From Catajapyx aquilonaris (lineage: Eukaryota): 33,014 nucleotides of DNA. Within the stretch, counting starts at the first letter, position 1; every line of letters begins with the position of its first letter. The stretch lies in NCBI GenBank assembly GCA_000934665.2, contig JYFJ02004332.1, positions 1-33,014 of the forward strand, given 5' to 3'. The translations under genes were made by a program, and so were the position numbers. Below are positions 13,401 to 25,721 of the stretch, in pieces. A model generated the notes under the pieces. That model did no database searches, was not told the origin of the DNA, and worked only from the letters and a program-made list of their open reading frames with translations.

Positions 13401-16053
13401 AAAAAAGTCCATTTCACATCAAGCTTTTAATCAAGGCAGGTTTTCATCTCCAGCAAATTCCATCACACTCAAACACTTCAGCAGAAGAATCCTTCCCCAT
13501 TCTCAAAAAGAGAAAAAAAAATGAGGCCAGGTCAAAGGATTCCTGAACGCCGCGACTCACAATATCAAAGCAATATCGCAGTGCAAACACCCAAGTCCTG
13601 GCTCTAACTTCATAACGTGTTAAACGTGCTAAGGCGCAAGTCGTATTCCACTGCAGAAAACCTTCTTTCTTTTTTTTGTCCTCTTCTTTCCAGCGTTTTT
13701 TTTTTCCACATAGTTACAATTCAGGAAGGATTTTCATTCCAGGTCCCTCGAGTCCGCAAAAGGGATTCTCTGTCTTCGCGAATAAAGGGGGATTTATATC
13801 GGTTAATTTCGCCCTTCTTCACTTCTGATTAAGGTTATTCGTGTGATTTTCTCGAGAAATTTCTTCCCTTTTCTCCTCGCTTCATTGGACTCATTGAGTA
13901 GAATGAATGCACCCCAAAAAAACTTCCCCAATAACCCCCTCTTCCCCAAACATAGCCAATAAAAGGGGGAAAGAATAAGTGAAGACAAACTTTTTCTTCC
14001 TTTCTACGCTAATATAAAAGTCCTATTACGCATCTTATTTTCGAGCAAAATTGTGGAAGTGAATTCACGCACAATTTTCCTTTTTTGCGAAAAGTGCTGC
14101 CATTATGGTCCAATGTTTAAAATATGCAGAGCTCCACACAAAGCGCCCATTATTTTTTCACACAGTGAAATATCTGACGCATTTTTTCCCAGCACATAGG
14201 GCGCCGAGCGTTACGAATTCATCAAACCAAGCTTGCAATATTCATAGGCGTACGTATCAGACATGACGGACCGCCAAGGTAACAAAAGGCTGGGGCTTGC
14301 ATGAAATATTGCCCGCCTTCCTTGTTTGTCATGTCACAAAACTGACCTTGGCCAGCTTTGAACTGTCCCCCCAAAAAATAAGCGGCCCGCAAATATTTTT
14401 GCATGCGGCGATTCCCAGGGCTATATGTCACTCGGTCCCAACAACACATTTCTTAATGACACGGTTTAGGCGGCTCGTGAAATCAAGGCATCCATCAACA
14501 TCATGCAAGCCTGAAGAGCACTCCAACAGTATATGCTGAAATCACACCAGATTGATTTAGCTATGTCACGTAGTAGTAGTCCAAGTTGCTAGTAATATTA
14601 GACAGAAATTCGGGAATTTTCGGACGGCACAGGGTGTGTCAAATGTCTAAAGTCGTATTTCCCCATTTTCAAGAAGATCCTAGCTATAGTAACAAGCGCA
14701 TCCTGTTTGAAAATTCAGCATAGAACGTCCCCGTTACACGAATATAGCTGAGGCAAGCAAGAAGCTGATCTTTCTTGAGGAAGTGAAAAATGCCTCTGGG
14801 CTTGCCAGAGACATCCAACGGCAACACCTTTTCCTTTACATCTTTAAGAGGCAAGAAGAAGAGATGGCGAAGGAACGGAGGAGAAGCATTAGCCTCTGTC
14901 TCAATTTGCATGTTCTTAAGGAAGTTCTCCCAACGGAGAAGACACTTGCTCTTTTAGCCAGATTCCTTTAGCTTGCTAAAGGGTAGACGGCCACTGCGGC
15001 CAGAGTTATTATCATTACTCCGCATGCGATTATCCGCCGGATATATAAAGCCCCGCTTTGCAGGCGAAGCTGTTGACGAAATTATGCAAATGAAAGGAGG
15101 GCGAGGTCTGCGCATCGGTTGCCACTTACGAGCCATTCGTCACTGTGTTCATCAGGGTGTCACGAGTCACTTAATACTTTTCGCAAAAACATAAAAAGTA
15201 AGCGAGAACTTTGCCAGAGTTAAAGAGGGGTGGGGTCTATAGCTGAAAATGTGCCAGGAAAATTCCGATCAAGTGAGAAGTGGCTAACAGTGTCATCCCA
15301 GATGTTTTCAAACTTCAACTTCTATTAAGTCATTTTAATTTTAACTTAATTTTAGTATTACTGTATATTAATTAACAGCTTCCATTCTTAACACTTGGTA
15401 ATTCCACATTAAAGCCATTTCCCCGGTTGAAATAACCTCTATTATAACTACTAGTGAATTGACAGCTGCATCTAACGAGATGGAAAGAAAAAATGTAGCA
15501 GAGTAGCTAACTAGCCTGAAAAGTGCCTACGAATTTTGCTGAATTTCTAGCTTTTATCTCGATAATATGCTCAATTAAGGAGAGGGGGGGTAACGCGCGC
15601 ATTTATAATTATTTCGAATCGCTACCTCCGAAAGGATTAAGATACAAAGTGAAACGATGCAAAATTCTCGGAATATTATCTCAAGTGAGCAGCTTTTGCA
15701 TTTTCATGCAACGTTGGGCATGAAATGTCAGATATAGGAGTTAGAATCATGTTTTTTTCCACCCATCTCTTTTGAAACGGCATGTTTCTTTTTAAGGAAG
15801 AGAAAAAAAATACTTCGTTAAAGAAAATTGAATTATAGACATTTTTCTGCTTCGTGCAATTGCAAAGTGCTTTCTAATAAACAAAACATGCTGTTGTCGT
15901 AGCAAATCGGTGTTTTCGTTGTTATTGGGCCGTTATAAGTGGTATATCCTAACCGCAACGACCAATAGACAACAGTATGAACCCAGCTTCACGTATCTCA
16001 CAAGCGTCTTCCAACCAACACAGTTCAAGAAAAAAAAAAAGACCTGCACTTAC

Positions 16054-16300
16054 CATCACTTCTTGAGAGTTGCGACATCAAGTCCCCCCCACTCCCCAAA
16101 GTTTTCGTCCAAAAACTCCGGTCCAAGTCGTTTGATCCGAGTTCCAGACCCCGACTTGGAACTTTCCGACGCCGTCTCCACTCGTCCAGGCCTTTCAGTC
16201 ATTGGCACGTCCTTCTTCAAACTGCTGCAACCGCGACTTCCACCGCAACTTTGCCCGCCAAAAACTAGACGCGGGGCTTTTGTCCCGGTTCCGTCCACAA
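16054..16300 (-). other. Candidate alternative 5' exon ending ATG|GTAAGT (5' boundary approximate)
   Basis: The minus strand reads ...AAGAAGTGATG|GTAAGTGCAG with the donor at 16053. It is a GC/CpG-rich, leader-like segment flanked by AT-rich sequence. Confidence 0.4.
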
Positions 16301-16339
16301 CACTGCAATTAAAGGTGGTCCTCCTAGTCACCAATAAAG

Positions 16340-16642
16340 GACCCATCCAGGCTGAGTGGCAAACCTATATAGTTAGGACCACAAGTTAGTGATATTTATT
16401 TGATATAACTAAGTAGAAATTAATGTGCAAAAAATCATTTCCTAAATTGTAATACGCCATAATGTAACGCAATTGTCAGAAATATCATTAAAATAATAGA
16501 CGTGTTGATGGTTTGATGAATAATAATGCACATGCGCTCGTAAAAAAAATTAAAAATGAACAAAAAAAAATTGTGATCTAATTCATCAATAATAGACTCA
16601 TCCAGGCTGTTGGGAAACCAAGTTAGGGCTCGAAGTTAGTGA
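16340..16642. repeat. Diverged direct repeat of about 50 bp (16340-16392 and 16595-16642)
   Basis: GACCCATCCAGGCTGAGTGGCAAACCTATATAGTTAGGACCACAAGTTAGTGA versus GACTCATCCAGGCTGTTGGGAAACCAAGTTAGGGCTCGAAGTTAGTGA. Confidence 0.6.
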
Positions 16643-18860
16643 CAACTGCAGGAGATGGTAGATGTGACATTTTCCGAAACGGGGGGTGTAATTAGATTAA
16701 AATGCAAGCAGGCAATTACCGAAGCACTACTTTTCATTTGCATTTGTAACCGGCATGGAGTTGTGGTTATTTCCAGCAGTAACGGCTTAAATTAATTTCC
16801 CTGGAGCTTCCGGACTCGCGTCACAACGGATGTAGACATGTCATAAATGGAGCCATGTTTTATAGAAAAAGAGAGGGGTGGAAAAAAAAAAAACTATCCG
16901 AACAAAAATTGAGTTAACTCATCTGGGGCATTAAAATCGGTTTATGGCGGCGCTTTGAGCGGTTAGATGCATTATCACTGTCGACAATAATAAAAAGCAA
17001 AATTAATAGCGCAAAATTACCGTGTAAATGAGTGTCACGTCACAATAGTATTCCCAACAGACAAAATCGCTGCTCTAGGGACCATAATTCGTCATTGGCA
17101 GCAGCCCTGAATAACCCTTGCTACAATTCCATTACCAACAATTATTAATGAACCATGTGTGTACTGTTCGTTCAGTAAAATACATGTAAAACTACTGTAT
17201 TTACTTCTTGTTAATAAACCAAAAATATTTTTTTTGTCCATCCACATTACTTCACATAATCCCTGCCCATAACAATGCAGATTTTTATTGGTCTTGTTTC
17301 TCTGCTGTAATGAAATCATTGGGGTGTGGGTGTAACAATTTTTTATAAAAAAATCAACGTTACATTATTGAATTGAGATAAATTAGAATAAAAATCACTA
17401 ATTCATCCCACGTAACTTCTACAAGTCTGCCAACCGCCTTGACACCCAAAATCCTATTACCTGACTCATTCAGTCCTCTGGTCACCCACACCTTGGTTCA
17501 ATCACCCAAACTTCCTGGCTCAGTTACATAATCCGGCTCACTTTTTTGGGAGGGTTCCTCCCAACACCAAAAGCTTCCCAATTTTTGGAAGGTCCGATTT
17601 CAACCCCCTGGCTGGAATCCCGGATTCGAACCCTTTCCCTCGTAATAAACCCGGAGGCCTCTCATCTGGGAGAATGAAGTGTGAATTCCCCACTCCTAAT
17701 GAGCAACCGATGAAGGGTGGGAGGTTGGGGGGAAAAGGGGTGGTGGGGATCAGACTTTGGGAGCAGCAGCCATCAAGAGTCGTTCCAACAGGCCTTCCAG
17801 TTTCGCACCAACCATTCTCTCTTCTCCCTCCCATGCCCCCCCTCTCTCCCACCTCGATAAAATGCCTGATGAGGCGTCTAATGAGCGCGATCGCCTTGCT
17901 GCCGCCGACGCAAACGGGCCTATCTTCCGCCTCCAGACAATAAAGGTGAAATATAGGCGGATGGCTCCGCACCGAAAACCGCAGCAGAAACACTTCTTTA
18001 CCAAACTTCCTCAGACTCTTGTTTCCAACACCCCTTCCCTACCCCCTACCCAGTCTTCCAAAGCTAGTGTTGTGGGTACATAGCTGGAAAAATGGCTGAG
18101 CAGCTTGGGAGTACCTTACACTGCTTACAGTGTTCAAGAGATTGTACACAAAAGCGACCAATTAAGTTATTGAATTATATTTAATAATAATAAAATTATT
18201 GCAGGTCACTTGTCACCGCTTGTCACTTGAATGAAAAACATCAGTCCTAAAGGGAAGTCTTCAAGTTCATGTTAAGGCCAGGTTGTTTATACCGAAACTT
18301 CAGGGCAATCCGGCAGCCTCGCTTGTACTGCGTAAATTCAGAGTTTGGACCCATTTCTATCAAAATTGTTAACGGTTGGGGCACGAGAATGGAGCATTTC
18401 CATTCCATTGGCTCAGCCTCAAGAGATGGGGGGAGATCACAGATAACCACACTATGAAATTTGCGGCGGCTTTCCCCCCCAAACATGAGGAAAAGACACT
18501 GCAACAAAACTCCTAAAAACAATTTTCCAGTCCACATCTCCCCTCAAGACTACCTGCACCCCCATGCATCAGCCCTGGGGCTAAACTTTGTTCCCTCCAC
18601 CCAAAAGGGGGGAAGTACAGGAAGTAGCACACTCTCTCCCCTCACTGCCAGGAAGAGCATGGGGTCCACAATCTACTCCCACAGTTCCCCCACCTTTTCC
18701 TTTGGCGGGATATCTCTCTCCGTCCCCCCCTCTGAAAATCCTCTGCAAGACTGGAATGCAATAAGGCGACTGGTTGTGAGTTACGAGCTTAGCGAAACTG
18801 AGGGTGGTTGCGGTGTGGAGAGGGAGAGTACAAAATATACCATGGTAGCCTTGGACTTAC

Positions 18861-18887
18861 CGTGCAGATAGCCAGAGCAGGCTCCAT
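18861..18887 (-). CDS. Candidate first coding exon (exon 18923-18861; coding MEPALAICT, phase 0) of an unidentified minus-strand gene extending leftwards
   Basis: Strong acceptor CCCTCCATTTGTTTCAG (AG at 18925-18924), A-rich leader with an in-frame TAA, AAAATGG start context, and a perfect donor ACG|GTAAGT at 18860. Confidence 0.5.
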
Positions 18888-19078
18888 TTTTTTTTATTTT
18901 TTTTTGCTGCAGCCTGGAATCACCTGAAACAAATGGAGGGCAGACAGGGTCACTAACAAGGTTTGATGAAAAAATATGATGTCATCTACAAATTACGTAA
19001 CGCCACCAGATCGGGGTATGTGCTGCAGTGTTATTACTTGAGGGGGGTGGACAGGTTGAGGACCACATTTAAAAGTTA

Positions 19079-19084
19079 TTTAAT
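19079..19084 (-). terminator. Possible IPMK polyadenylation signal (ATTAAA)
   Basis: First AATAAA/ATTAAA hexamer I could find on the minus strand after the IPMK stop. It lies near the end of the CpG-depleted domain. Confidence 0.3.
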
Positions 19085-20346
19085 CACTCTGGAACTTGAA
19101 GGTATCTGCAGGCTAATGTCCAAAAATTGTTAATAAAAACATCATAGCAACTGATTGAAGACCTGTACTTGATATGCTTTCAATGGAGAAGCTTAGTGAC
19201 AGTTCAACAATTTCTGAACATAACGCTTCATTTCAAGCCGTTTCAAGCTACAAAGTGAGTGGGATTGGCAATTACTGTGAATCTGGCAAGCATGTTACAT
19301 CATTCATAGAAGGCCTTTTGACACGAAATACACGGAGACCAAATTTACTGCAAAATACAAACTGGCAACACTTGATAGCATTTGCTTGCAGCATGTTAAG
19401 TGGCCCACAATTATAAAGCTGCACTGGAAAGCAGACATATAAAATACATTTTAAAAGAGTTAAGGACAGGTAAAGGGGGTTTACTTACACATAAATATTA
19501 AAGTTGCTAACATTTGCATTACCACACCCAATCTCAATAACACAGCACATATTATCTTGTTCGTATTGTTGTCTGGCCTTCAACAAAGCCCAGGCACATT
19601 TCTCCAACACACCTTAAAACAAGTGCAGTTGCAAAAACATAATACTTAAAACTCAGAATTATTGCATCAGTAGTGGATAACGACATCCAGTGATGGCTTT
19701 TGCGCTACAGATCTACTCTGTAGAATAGCATGAACACACTTTGAAATTGACTTTCGCTTTTTAAAAATCATCACAACCGATCAAAAGCACATTTGTTATG
19801 CAGGACAGTTCTCCATAAAACAGCCGCACACTTCAGATTTGTAAATGGCCAAAATAATGTCACTGTATTTCTAAATGAAGCAGTGGAACTTGATTCACTA
19901 TCCTACCTACACATTTACACATAAACAAATTGCCAAAGGGCGTAGGAGGTTACATTACTTCATAAAGTGATCAGATCGTCACATAGGCACCCCCATGCAT
20001 CAGACAATAAAACCTACGAGATCTTCAAGAAAGAGACAAGTGGTTATTAATGTCATTTGAATTCATTTTTGCATGCAAATTCAATTGCTATGGACTTTAA
20101 CCATTCAATGGCGCAATACCTTAAACTGTACCCAGAGTCACATACTACATGTATCCAACTCCACAATTTCAATCTGGGGATTTATGCCTCTTTCTTGAAG
20201 ATATTAATGTAGCTAAATATTAAAATCAGTCGTACGGTGAAACATGAAGGCATAGATTGTAACCCGCACACACCGCAAACTACTGGCTCACCTATACATT
20301 TACACTAGTTGGATGTGATTCTCTCGGCAGGAATATTTACAGTGCC

Positions 20347-23300
20347 TCAAACCACATTGCTGCCATCATCCATTGCAAACTCCTCAAAAATTTTCACCAT
20401 GCTCTCAAGGCCAGTCAGGTAGTTGAGGTCCAGCTGCCCATTTGCAGGGAAAACATGTGCAAAGTCAATCATGGTCACCCTGACCGGCCAGTCCGGCCTC
20501 TGGATTTTCCCATTGGTTCCACACAAAGAGAAGTGGGAAGCATCGTAGGTCATCAGTAGGGAGCTGCCATAGAAATGGAACCTCGTTTGTCTCCTAAACC
20601 ATGAAAGGATCAGGTGGAGCTGGGTGAGAAACTCGCGTGCCAGGACAGTCTGCAGGCCACCATTGCCATTCAGGAACAGGTGAAAGGCTGCAATAAAAGA
20701 GAAAAAAGGTAACTTTTAATCACTCATGCGAGTACAAGTCATCCCCTTAAATTGACAGAAATGCATTAAAGAGGATAGGAGACACAGTATAGCACAGTTC
20801 ACACACAATGGTGTGCACAATAATTGTCCCTCCTAAAAGTAGGGAAACTTTTGCTTGAGTGTCCTTTCAAAAGCTAGCAGAAAATAATTATTGGATGCCA
20901 GCCACAAAATATCAATCAATAGCATCAATCACACTAGTTTTTGCTAATCATCCCCAGATGGATTAGTCTAGCTCTCTAGCTACTTGCCCCACATTTGCCC
21001 TGCAGGTGCAGAGGAGCAGACACAAAATGCCCTGCAGAAGCACAGTGAAACCTGCTCATAACAGGCCCTGCACATAACAGAAACTTGTCCAATGTGAGAT
21101 TTTTGTTCACTCCAAGCAGATGATTTTCCATGCACTTCTCAAAAAGTTGTTTATAATGTAGGAATGCTTCTCTAACTCATAAGTTGCACAATTCATAAAT
21201 TTTGCTTCAAGCTTACATATAAGGTGCATTCACATATCCATGATTCCATGCCCAGCAACCAACTCTCAGTGCCCCGTCACTGGTATCTGCCAGATCCAAG
21301 CATCAGTGACCACAGGCACAGAGTAGCTGAGACAATGATCACATGTTGGCTGTATGGCCAATACAGGCACAGCTGGGAGGAAGGTAGGGAGAAAGGAAGC
21401 AGATTGAGGGGGTGGAGGGATTGACTATGAGAGAAAGAAGCCAACTTGGTCTCAGATTCTTGGACTCAAAATGAGCTGGAAATGAAGGGATCTTTCACAC
21501 AGGAGAGGACAGACAAGTGAAGGAGGTAGCCCAGAAGGAGCGCTTGACAGATGAGGTCAGTGAGCGATGTCCCATTGTGGCTTCATGACCATTTGCCCTG
21601 CTATCATCTTTTTTTTCCTTCCCCTCCAGGTGGCTTCATGTCACGGATAAATGAATGCTGTCAGGATGTCGCACCCCCAACAAATGCTGGGACTGCCTCC
21701 CAATAGCTGTGTGATGTCATAAGAATGATTTGTCGCTCATCCTCATGGTAGCTGGTGATTGTTGCAGTGATGGATATGTGAATGCACCATTATGCTACAA
21801 AGTATTCCATAACACTATCCTCACAACATAACGGAATTTCCACAAAGATTCAGGGTTGACTCCAAGTTGAGAGGAGAGTTAACCCACAGTTCCTATACAT
21901 ATCGGCAGTTAAATTCCACAATGTGAAGGTGAGTTGGACCTCGAGTGAATCCCTGTTGGGAAGCAGAATGGACAATGCAGCCAGGGTGAAGCACATTCTA
22001 AAATGCTGAACATAGTCAAGTTGGAGATACTGCAGGAAGCTCAGGCTGGGTGAGAAGTTATGGTGCACACTAGTATGGATGGGTCTGATGGACAGGGCCA
22101 CCCCACAAAAGTGAACGGTATGATGTGGTTTCTTCCCAGAAAAAACTTGATATATGGTTCTGGAGCTAGAGTTTAGTAATACTGTGCTTGTTTTTCATTA
22201 TTTATATGACTGTATGCAACTCAGTCGTGACGCTCTCTCTTGACCCAGACATTACTCAGCCCCGCGATTTGAACAGTCATCATGTATATATGTTGGACTA
22301 TGTGAAGTAGGATAACCCAGAATGCGTAACCTAATTTCAACTGTCATGTGGAGCCATTCCAAGTTCTAAATTACCTGGAAAGTAGCACAATTCCTGTCAT
22401 CTTACAGTAGGTTTCATTACTATTTTCACATACACATATGGGATGGTTATTATTAATATCACCTATGATTATGCTGGATATTTTGTAAAATTGCGATAAT
22501 TGATATCATTCGAGACAGCCTTCAGACTTCTAAAGAAAAACGTCAAGATATGTCAAACAATTTAAAGGACTAGAAGATCCAATCGGGGATCGAACTCAGG
22601 ACCTTAGAGGTGAAAGGCTGTGGTGCTAACCACTACACCACCGTGCCGCCCTAGGTTTAAGTCAATGCCATATTTCTGAATAAGCATTTTTTCAGACCCA
22701 TGCTCCTGTCAAACAAAAAGTTAGACTTAAACCTTGGTAGTCTGCTTCTAAATAAAGTCCATTGAACCAAAGAACAATCTGACATTCAACCGTCTCCACC
22801 CGGCTCTTCCCTCCTCTCAGGTCCCTGAATTGCTCTGCAAGCATACTACTGCTCATGATCTGAAAACATGGCTTATGTCACGTCAGATCATTCGTTCACT
22901 GAAATAAGTGAATTATCCTGAAACTTTAGAACACAAGAAGTTTCAGAAATCATGACATGTTGCTGAAAAATAATGTTTTTGTTACTTGTACAGTATTACA
23001 TAAATCTGTAGGATGCAGAGGCTAAGACTACTTTATGAGTATACTTGCAGAGGTAAGGAAAGGTCACTATTTCTGCCCATAACATACCATCTCTAATGGT
23101 GTGCTTGTCCAAATTTTTTCCATAATCTCTGCCCAGAGTAAATGGTTTCCCAGTAGCAACATCATGAATTCGCATTCCCTGGATGCAAAATCCAAAAACT
23201 TCTCTTGTGCCTCGGTATTTGGCCTGCAATATGTTGTGTGTTAATTACAAATGACAGCAACTTCACGTGTTATTGATTACTTCTTCTTTTCGCCTCTTCT

Positions 23301-25721
23301 CCTCTGATGCTTCAGGATCCCATGTCCTCTGGCCCACTTTGTAATCAGCAACACAAAGCTTAGAGTAACCTTCAGTTACATCTTCCAGTGACAGGAAGTT
23401 CACCTCTGAAAATATGCAAAGCATTCTGTAGTTAAGCAATGGTAATTCCTTGCCAACTGAATGTTACCTTCTCCATCAATAGTAAGAGGTATGGACCCAT
23501 AAAACTGGGGTAGGAACGTCCTCAGTTCCAAGACTATGGGGTCAGACACTTCGGCAGCCACAGTTTCATAAAATTCAAGTTCTCTCTGCCCAAATGGAGG
23601 TCGCTGAAATGGCTTCAAAATACGGCCACCCTTTTCTTTCAGGATACCTGCCAAAAACATATTAATCATTAGGTGAACAATAAAACATGAATAATGGATC
23701 CAAGCAAGGAGCATCAATCATCTGACAAAATAACAAAGCAAATACATCCATTATTATCACAGAAACAATTCCACCAGTGAATCAACCATAATAATCATAA
23801 CATCATTGTAACCCGTACATTTTGTTATGATTTTTACTGTATCACTGCTGTGCATATTGATGTGATATGACAAATTCTAGCATACTTTCAGAGGAGAGGA
23901 AAAAAAATATACTTAAATGTTTCGCCAAACAAGTCATTTGTTGGGTGCCTACGAGGTGACAAGCAATAATTAATTTTCTTTTCAATTTTTCTCGGTCAAA
24001 AAAGACAGTAATAATTCTTTTTCACACATCTGCAAGAGTCATGGTGCACTACCATATGCAACAATAACTAAATATAACTTTCCCAAGGCTGCAGCCAAAC
24101 AGGCCGACTCATGTATATCACGCAGTGCTAACTGGTACTAAAATGCATTCCAAGGGCACACTGACAAAACCAGAAGAAGTTGCATAAAGGTCATGTCCAA
24201 CTTGGATATTTGCCAGACCTCATTTCTATGTAACCTAATTAAATAAAATGTGCATTAAATTTTAATTAATCTAATTCAAGCCTAAGCTACATCAAAATAC
24301 ACATTACACAACAAAGTAATGGCTATCTCAGTACTTTCACATCATTTGATGCAATAATAATGCTTGGCATATTTATTTTTAGTTATGGTAGAAACGCTCA
24401 CAATGTGCAGTGGCGTACAATAGTCATGTAAAGGACTAGTTTTCATTAACATTTTATGACACCATGGATCTTGTGAACTGAATTATTAATTCTCTCACTG
24501 AGGAACTTCCAAGGTTCCAAAGTGGGTACCTAGAACAAATTCAATTGGCAATAGCTTCACAATTGTCAATTTCCCTTGCTAGTGGCCTTCATCTAAATTG
24601 CAGGAAGTTGTGCAAGATGTCATTAAATCTAGTTATGCAACAGAGCCTAATCTCAATACCACAAATGATGCCGTGGAAAACTCATTCATTCCAAGCTGCA
24701 TAAAATAACTAATTTCTTCGACATTCAGTAACCCCACTGAAGTCATTACCCCATCTTGATCAAGATATTATGCGAACACCCATTACGTCACCAGATTCCA
24801 AATTTTTCATTTCATTAGTGACCTGGAAAAAATTAGCACAGTTGTATAGTTTGCTCATCAATGTGGACCAACCTATATTTAAAAATCTCACTCTCCTCAA
24901 ATCATAACCATAAATTCTGCCTAAAATAACAAGTCATTTTGGATGAGGTGTTTGCCTTTTTTAAGCCTGATTAACACTACATTAGCTGCAACTTTGGAGG
25001 TCACCTGAAAAGCTTCCATTATATTTCAGTGCTTAAGCCCAGTTATTTCTACATAAGTTCCAGCGTGTTTTTTTCTCAAACACTCACACATTCTGACTAG
25101 CATGATAATGGAAAGAAAATTACTGACTGAAATGTGTGAAATCCCACACTCCCACACACTCCAAGGTCATAGCAAGCACTTATCATTTCTGATGACACAT
25201 CCCGCACCTTTTCCTAGTAGGGCTTTTAACACAAAATTCAATTCCTCGCCTAAAGGGAGACGTGATGTCAGTGCACAACAAACATTCGTTACCCAATAGC
25301 AGCCTTTCTGACACACTGAAGCAATTTAATTTGCAAGCCAAAAAACCAAGGCCACAACAGTGGCCGCAACCATCCCTATGGCCATACAGAACTAGCTATG
25401 CTGAGAAATCGTTTGCGACTACTTTTGTTACCAAATTGCTTAAAATTTTATTTCCCTTCACCTGCTCATTTGATCATTTTTTTTGTGTTTCTCTTAATTT
25501 GCAGCATCTCTCTGCTTGTTAAGATTCTCACATTTGCTTTCTTACTGGTTAGCATAATTGACAGCTCCTGAACTACCCTAAAAGTCCACCAATTGTCACC
25601 CACCAGTCTTACACTTCCCGTTTCCAATAGCGTGACCTCCAATCTGGTGCTCCATGACCCTCATACCAGGGGGAAGCCCGTACGGCAGCATAACCTCCTG
25701 ATCCTGATTCTCGTGCGCCAT
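20347..25721 (-). CDS. IPMK: Inositol polyphosphate multikinase (IPMK/Ipk2), 5 coding exons: 25721-25604, 23647-23468, 23405-23281, 23223-23088, 20687-20347; 900 nt, 299 aa
   Basis: All four introns are GT-AG with compatible phases (1,1,0,1), giving one open frame: MAHENQDQEVMLPYGLPPGMRVMEHQIGGHAIGNGKCKTGILKEKGGRILKPFQRPPFGQRELEFYE...FLPQFYG...NFLSLEDVTEGYSKLCVADYKVGQRTWDPEASEEKRRKEEAKYRGTREVFGFCIQGMR...WFRRQTRFHFYGSSLLMTYD...VRVTMIDFAHVFPANGQLDLNYLTGLESMVKIFEEFAMDDGSNVV. The IPK-family motifs are in the expected order: HQxxGH, (P)xxxDxKxG, SSLL, IDFAH. An in-frame TGA lies two codons upstream of the ATG at 25721. Confidence 0.93.
21222..21789. mobile_element. MITE, probably PIF/Harbinger-like, in the last IPMK intron
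   Basis: Perfect 19-bp inverted repeat GGTGCATTCACATATCCAT (21223-21241) / ATGGATATGTGAATGCACC (21770-21788). The 3-bp flanks ATA/TTA resemble a TWA target duplication. The interior is non-coding. Confidence 0.7.
22578..22651 (-). mobile_element. tRNA-derived SINE head (or tRNA pseudogene), 3'-truncated
   Basis: The minus strand reads GGGCGGCACGGTGGTGTAGTGGTTAGCACCACAGCCTTTCACCTCTAAGGTCCTGAGTTCGATCCCCGATTGG. Pol III A box (TGGTGTAGTGG) and B box (GAGTTCGATCC) have tRNA-like spacing, but the acceptor and anticodon stems do not pair. Confidence 0.75.

Noticed and set aside
15124..15136. Other minus-strand donors preceded by ATG (15129, 3330, 2407)
   Set aside because: Phases 1 or 2, weak exon-end context and no acceptor or promoter support; GTAAGT/GTGAGT hexamers are expected many times by chance.
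17716..17748. G-quadruplex-like G tracts (also about 11773-11794 and 26153-26203)
   Set aside because: G/C homopolymer runs are common throughout the window; nothing indicates specific function.
17538..18871. Cluster of overlapping 84-151 aa ORFs on both strands
   Set aside because: GC-rich, homopolymer-laden sequence with no domain signature or consistent splice sites.
22578..22651. Functional tRNA-Glu(TTC) gene
   Set aside because: A and B boxes and CTTTCAC are present, but the acceptor and anticodon stems do not pair; better explained as a SINE head or pseudogene.
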